DNA of 64,000 nucleotides from Candidatus Poribacteria bacterium (GTDB lineage Bacteria; Poribacteria; WGA-4E; JAJDTR01): NCBI GenBank assembly GCA_965222225.1, contig CBDCTK010000002.1, positions 128,001 to 192,000 of the forward strand, read 5' to 3'. Shown piece by piece: positions 59,483 to 64,000 of this stretch (position 1 is its first letter; each line of letters starts with the position of its first letter). The notes under the pieces were generated by a model. It saw only the letters and a program-made list of their open reading frames with translations, ran no database searches and was not told where the DNA came from. The position numbers and the translations under genes were made by a program.

Positions 59483-61483
59483 TTACTGATCTGATGAAGC
59501 TTCATCTCTGCCGAGATACATGATTACTAATGTCTCATCAACCGCTTTTACCGGCTGGTCGAGTTTCATTGACAAAAACGAGTGGTTCATCCAACCAACC
59601 AGTTTCGGAATTTCATCTTCGGTGAGATATTGCAGGATACCCTCCGCTGCGAGTATTTGAGCAAAGTGTTTTCGTTTGCCAGCTAATTCTTGAAGGGAGG
59701 GTAGACGTTTGGCGGACGTAAAGTCGCCTTTTAGTTCAACGGATGTGTTCGGAGCTATCGCCCCAAAATGTATATACTCTCCATTGTTGACCACTCCTCC
59801 ACTTTCAAGTACGCCGGGTAAATGATGTTTCACCCGAGTCAAATTCTTGCCGTGTTTGCTCGCCAATGTCCATTCTGACTTGCTTGACGGAGCCGGAAAG
59901 TCGAAGAATGACTCAATATGATATGTTCGTGTTTGCCAAGCACTCAGGTTTGTCTCACAAATCTGTCCGGATTTCGATTCAACAAGATGCAGTGGCGACG
60001 TAGATGTTTGCGTTAGGGGTGTGATATATGTTCCGCTGTCCAACCGGAATGATGACTTTGAGTCGGTTGATGCTATCGCTCCGAGATAAGTTTGCAAGTG
60101 AGCGCGAGAACCTTCCGAATAGACCGAAAGTATTGAGTAACTACTAATGGAGACAGGAATTGAGAGGAGATGTCTAGGGAGTACCGCAGCACAGGAGAAA
60201 AACACTGTGATTAGAAAGATACCAATCCAATAGTGTTTTGTACGCTTTGTATTTTTCCCCACCCACCACGTGTATCCGCCGACACTGAGTAGACAGGCTA
60301 GCAGGAACAGGGACAACATTCGGAGTAACGGTGCGCGCCCCGATGGCAGAGATTTTAACACCGTATGGATTTTTTCCGTGTCTCTGCGATACGGTTCATA
60401 GCGATCGCCAAGATGTCTTGGCGATTTACCGATTGTTTTGAGAAACTGTGTCCAAAGCTGTTCGCTCTCCAAGGATTGGGAGACAGGAAGAACGTCATAA
60501 TCGAAAGCTAAGCAAACAATCTGTCCACTGCCAAATGACCTCCGTGATGCAAGTATCGGATAACTTCCGTGGTCGGGGGCTGAATCACCTCCAATCTTGA
60601 GAACCTCGGCGTTATCTCTCAGATTGAAATCAATAAGGTGAATCGGGAAATCTGAGTGCCCTCCCATCGGGGCGAGTGATTCAGGCAGATGGATTGCCGT
60701 TTTCAATTCACCAAGGTGAACAGGGAGCAAAGGGGCAAGGAAGCTGTCGCGTAGGTACTGCAGATTACTCCCGCCTGAGATGAGTAGAGTACCTCCATTG
60801 CGAACCCAATCTAGCAACGAAATCTGCTGTGTTGTCGAAATACGGTTCTCTGTTAACGATACACCGCGAATCACGACAAGATCGATAGAATCGTAGCCTA
60901 TCCAATCGAGTGGTAAATGCTTTTGAGACGCAGGATGAACAACAAAAGTGCGCGTTTCTGCACTGGTATCAATCTGGAGCCCATGCCAATCCTCCAATAC
61001 ATCATGACCCGGCGGCACCAGTGCAAGAATAAACAGGTCTTTTATTTCTTTCGGTAAGTCCGGAATAATCTCACGTTCAACTCTGACCCGACCCTCATGA
61101 TGAACAATTCGTACCATCATCTTGGTCGAAGTTCCGGGTTGAAAAACGTGAAGGGTATGGCGTCGCCGATCGGTTCGCGTTAAGGTGACCGGTGTCGAGT
61201 AGGTTTGGATGATGGCTCCCGAGAACAGGTTGGTGACCTCGACTTCGAGCTCGCCAACAAAAGAGTCATGTTCATTCTCGCTCACCACCAAGAGTTGCAA
61301 GGGTGCCCATCTACCACGCTTATAGTAACCATCGAACCCAAATTCGATAGATTCAATCGCAATTATACCGAAGGCAGAAGGGATTATTGAGAGGAATAGG
61401 CAAGATATGACGATGAATTTGCATGGTTTTGTGGCTCGAACTGTAATCCTCCATTTGTATCTACTGTCTGTCCACTCAGCCAT
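59483..61483 (-). CDS. Membrane protein with glutamine-amidotransferase-like extracytoplasmic domain
   Basis: GFDGYYKRGRWAPL N-domain; LLDWVRNGGTLLISGG; FGSGQI; two TM helices; start uncertain. Confidence 0.7.
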   Translation of the reverse strand: MAEWTDSRYKWRITVRATKPCKFIVISCLFLSIIPSAFGIIAIESIEFGFDGYYKRGRWAPLQLLVVSENEHDSFVGELEVEVTNLFSGAIIQTYSTPVTLTRTDRRRHTLHVFQPGTSTKMMVRIVHHEGRVRVEREIIPDLPKEIKDLFILALVPPGHDVLEDWHGLQIDTSAETRTFVVHPASQKHLPLDWIGYDSIDLVVIRGVSLTENRISTTQQISLLDWVRNGGTLLISGGSNLQYLRDSFLAPLLPVHLGELKTAIHLPESLAPMGGHSDFPIHLIDFNLRDNAEVLKIGGDSAPDHGSYPILASRRSFGSGQIVCLAFDYDVLPVSQSLESEQLWTQFLKTIGKSPRHLGDRYEPYRRDTEKIHTVLKSLPSGRAPLLRMLSLFLLACLLSVGGYTWWVGKNTKRTKHYWIGIFLITVFFSCAAVLPRHLLSIPVSISSYSILSVYSEGSRAHLQTYLGAIASTDSKSSFRLDSGTYITPLTQTSTSPLHLVESKSGQICETNLSAWQTRTYHIESFFDFPAPSSKSEWTLASKHGKNLTRVKHHLPGVLESGGVVNNGEYIHFGAIAPNTSVELKGDFTSAKRLPSLQELAGKRKHFAQILAAEGILQYLTEDEIPKLVGWMNHSFLSMKLDQPVKAVDETLVIMYLGRDEASSDQ

Positions 61484-62158
61484 GTCCACATTCTCATTTC
61501 GTCGATTCCTACTCGTCAATCAGAGAGCCTGCAATTCTGGTACATAGACACTTCACTGGCAGTAGTTTACTTCGACTACAGATTGATGATAGCCTCGGCG
61601 TTGTACAGATTCCTTCTGAGGATTTAGGCACATCCTGAAGTCGCCTGATTCTTCAGGATTGGTAATCGCCAAATCGCTGATGAAGAGATTTCTATCGGGA
61701 TTAGCCATCACAGGGGATTTACTATCGCACTCCTTGTTGTTAAGTCGCTGAATCGCTATCCACTCACTTAATCCCTCTTGTCGGGGTTGCATCACCGGGC
61801 AAGGGGTGTTGAACCAACTACTCCAAGCCTTCAACTGTGCAAATGATAACAACACAATAACCTGCCGCAGTTTAGACGAAATCCACCAAAAAGTCAAGCA
61901 GTTTTTAAGGGACATACTTGGTTCTTCTCTGCACACCTTAATTAAACCATCTACCCCGAAAGCAAGATAGCTTGACGGGCAAAATCCGACGATTTCTGTT
62001 TACTAGAAAGTCGAAAATAGGTAAAATTCCCACAGGATTCTTTCCGAAGTGCGTAGGAACTTTCATACGAATTCAATCATCGTCATAATCGCCGATAGAG
62101 ATGTGAGGTCACCATCGCCAATAGTGCAAAGGGACACTGTGAAGGGAGAGTAAAAATT

Positions 62159-63033
62159 ATGGATACTGAATGCCTTGAACATTTACTGACGGAAGAGGAG
62201 CGCGCGACGTTTGGCCGGGACGGATTAATGGTGGTCGAAAATGCACTTCCCGATTCGATGGTGAAAGACCTAAACAAAGCGATGGACCGTGTCGGAGGAG
62301 GGGTGGATTTTATCGGGAAAGACGATTTATTTCTGGAATTGATTGGCCAACGGTGTTTCCAAAGGTATTCGGGATTCTCGGGTGGAACATTCATATTTAT
62401 CACACGGTTGCACTTGCGAGACCCCCGGATACTGAGGAGAAACTTCGCCAGAAAGCGCGTCTTGCGTGGCATCAGGACAGCGACCGGGTAAATACCGACA
62501 TTGCACCGGGACCGACAATGCGAATCTCGTTGAAGGTAGGTTATCTCCTGACGGACCTCACAAAGAAAGGGCACGCCAACCAATTGTTCATTCCCGGAAG
62601 TCATCTCAAGCGAGAGTTGGAATGGCCGGCTAATGGTGTGTCGAATCCTGAAGGGGTTTATACGCTTCAAGCGCCAGCAGGTTCCGCTGTTCTCTTTGAG
62701 CAGCGCGTCTGGCACACAGGAAGCCCAAATCTTTCCAATATAACGCGGAAGACCTTGTATTACGGTTATAGCTACCGGTGGTTTCATCCGCGCGATGAGC
62801 GAACAGTTTCGCATTTCATGGAACGTTCCGACCCCATTCGCAGACAGTTGCTGGGAGCAAAAACCAAATCTCTGGGACTTACGTCGCCTCAGCAGGAGGA
62901 TGTCCCGCTGCGAGCTTGGATGGAGGAACATATGGGCGAAGAAGCAGTTGCCGATAAATACACGCGCTTGGTTGGTGGAACTTCGGTGTCATTTGCGCGA
63001 AACCCGGATGACCATTACGCCGTACGCACATGA
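62159..63033 (+). pseudogene. PhyH-family dioxygenase, frameshifted near 62345
   Basis: LTEEERATFGRDG N-part; second frame WPTVFPKVFGILGWNI..AWHQDS..IPGSH..VWHTGSPN. Confidence 0.85.
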
Positions 63034-63187
63034 TCTAATTCGGTCGCCATTTTCCAGGTGATGAAAGTGTAGAGGATTGAGTAATTGGAATGATGGCGAA
63101 AGGATGCTTAAGGCGTGAGAAGACTAATATGGAAAGGAAGAATGGAAAAGTAAAGTGGAGGCTGGGAACAAACTGAATGCGCCTGAT

Positions 63188-63921
63188 ATGGCTCTGATTT
63201 CGGCGGGTGAGTTTGAGATGGGGGATTGATTCGCCGGCGCCAATGAGAATAGGCGTCCCGTGCACACGGTGTCTCTTGACGCCTTTTACATGGACAAATA
63301 TCCGGTTACCATAAAACGGTACACGGAATTTCTTAATGCGACAGACTACAGAGAACCCGATTGGGACAAAGTTGAGGGATACTTTCCCATAAATGAGCAA
63401 AGTCTGATGATTTGTGTCAGTTGGCACGATGCGATGGCTTATGCAAAGTGGGCGGACAGACGCTTGCCGACGGAGGCAGAATGGGAAAAAGAAGCGCGAG
63501 GCGGCTTAACGGGGGAAAAAAATTCTTCGGACAATTCAATTGATGAAACCAAAGCAAACTATAACAACAACGTCTGGAATGGGAGAGTAAAAGGAGAAGG
63601 GCGGCACGGTACGACGATGTCTGTCGGGAGCTACCCTCCGAACGGTTACGGATTGTACGACATGGCGGGAAACGTGTGGGAGTGGTGTTTAGATGAATAC
63701 GAGGAATAATTCTATCTCGACAGTCCAGAACGAAACCCGGAAGCAGGGGGCAATAGTGTAACCGAGCTAGTGGAGTCTTGCGAGCATGTGCGCACCCTAC
63801 GAGTGTTGCGTGGGGGATCGCGCTCTACAACGATTTCGTGGAACTTGCGGCGCGCTTCTATTTTTACCCGACGTATTCGAACGTGTACACCCGGTTTCGC
63901 TGCGTGAAACCGCTAGAGTAA
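63188..63921 (+). pseudogene. FGE-sulfatase (SUMF1-family) protein with frameshifts and an in-frame stop
   Basis: ISAGEFEMG, PVHTVSLDAFYMDKYPVT, RLPTEAEWE, NGYGLYDMAGNVWEWC, TAA at 63707-63709, then RVLRGGS and FRCVK in later frames. Confidence 0.85.
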
Positions 63922-64000
63922 GTACGGCATATTTTCAAGGCTGACTAGAAGTGGGAACATAAGCTGATCTGCCTGCGACGGCTCAAGCACCGTACGAACC

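Noticed and set aside
729-63427. Numerous 60-280-aa antisense or alternate-frame ORFs in the supplied track (e.g. 5786-6595, 62083-62931)
   Set aside because: They overlap well-supported genes and show no motifs or RBS; treated as shadow ORFs.
19821-63709. TAA stop-codon recoding (in-frame TAA at 21185 and 63707, possibly 19821)
   Set aside because: TAA terminates many intact core genes here (asd, tpiA, secG, aminotransferase), so point mutation or error is simpler.

Overview
Bacterial chromosomal window (GC near 50%), mostly housekeeping and secreted-protein genes. I infer Candidatus Poribacteria or a similar lineage from several PD40/TolB-like proteins sharing a C-terminal 'AVxPxxKxxxxWGxLK' tail, two PhyH dioxygenases, an FGE-sulfatase-family gene and CBM9/DUF5916 and FlgD-Ig proteins; this taxonomy is inference only. 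Core genes recognised: asd, a DnaJ/CbpA-type chaperone, a class I aminotransferase, apt, tRNA-Arg(CCT), secD, secF, an addB-like gene, comF, gap-tpiA-secG, panB and nadD-yacG-yqeK-rsfS. There are two sigma54 activators, one complete IS1-family element and a MITE (one full and one partial copy). The most interesting region is 50.6-58.1 kb, a tandemly duplicated module of secreted PD40 beta-propeller genes interleaved with two small genes. These encode precursor-like peptides with a leader under strong purifying selection and unrelated Cys-rich cores. One core has 6 Cys (C-C-CC-C-C); the other has 8 Cys once a poly-T slip is corrected. Each gene is preceded by the same ~200-nt structured leader. 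No modifying enzyme lies nearby. Several accessory genes carry frameshifts or stops that may be assembly errors.
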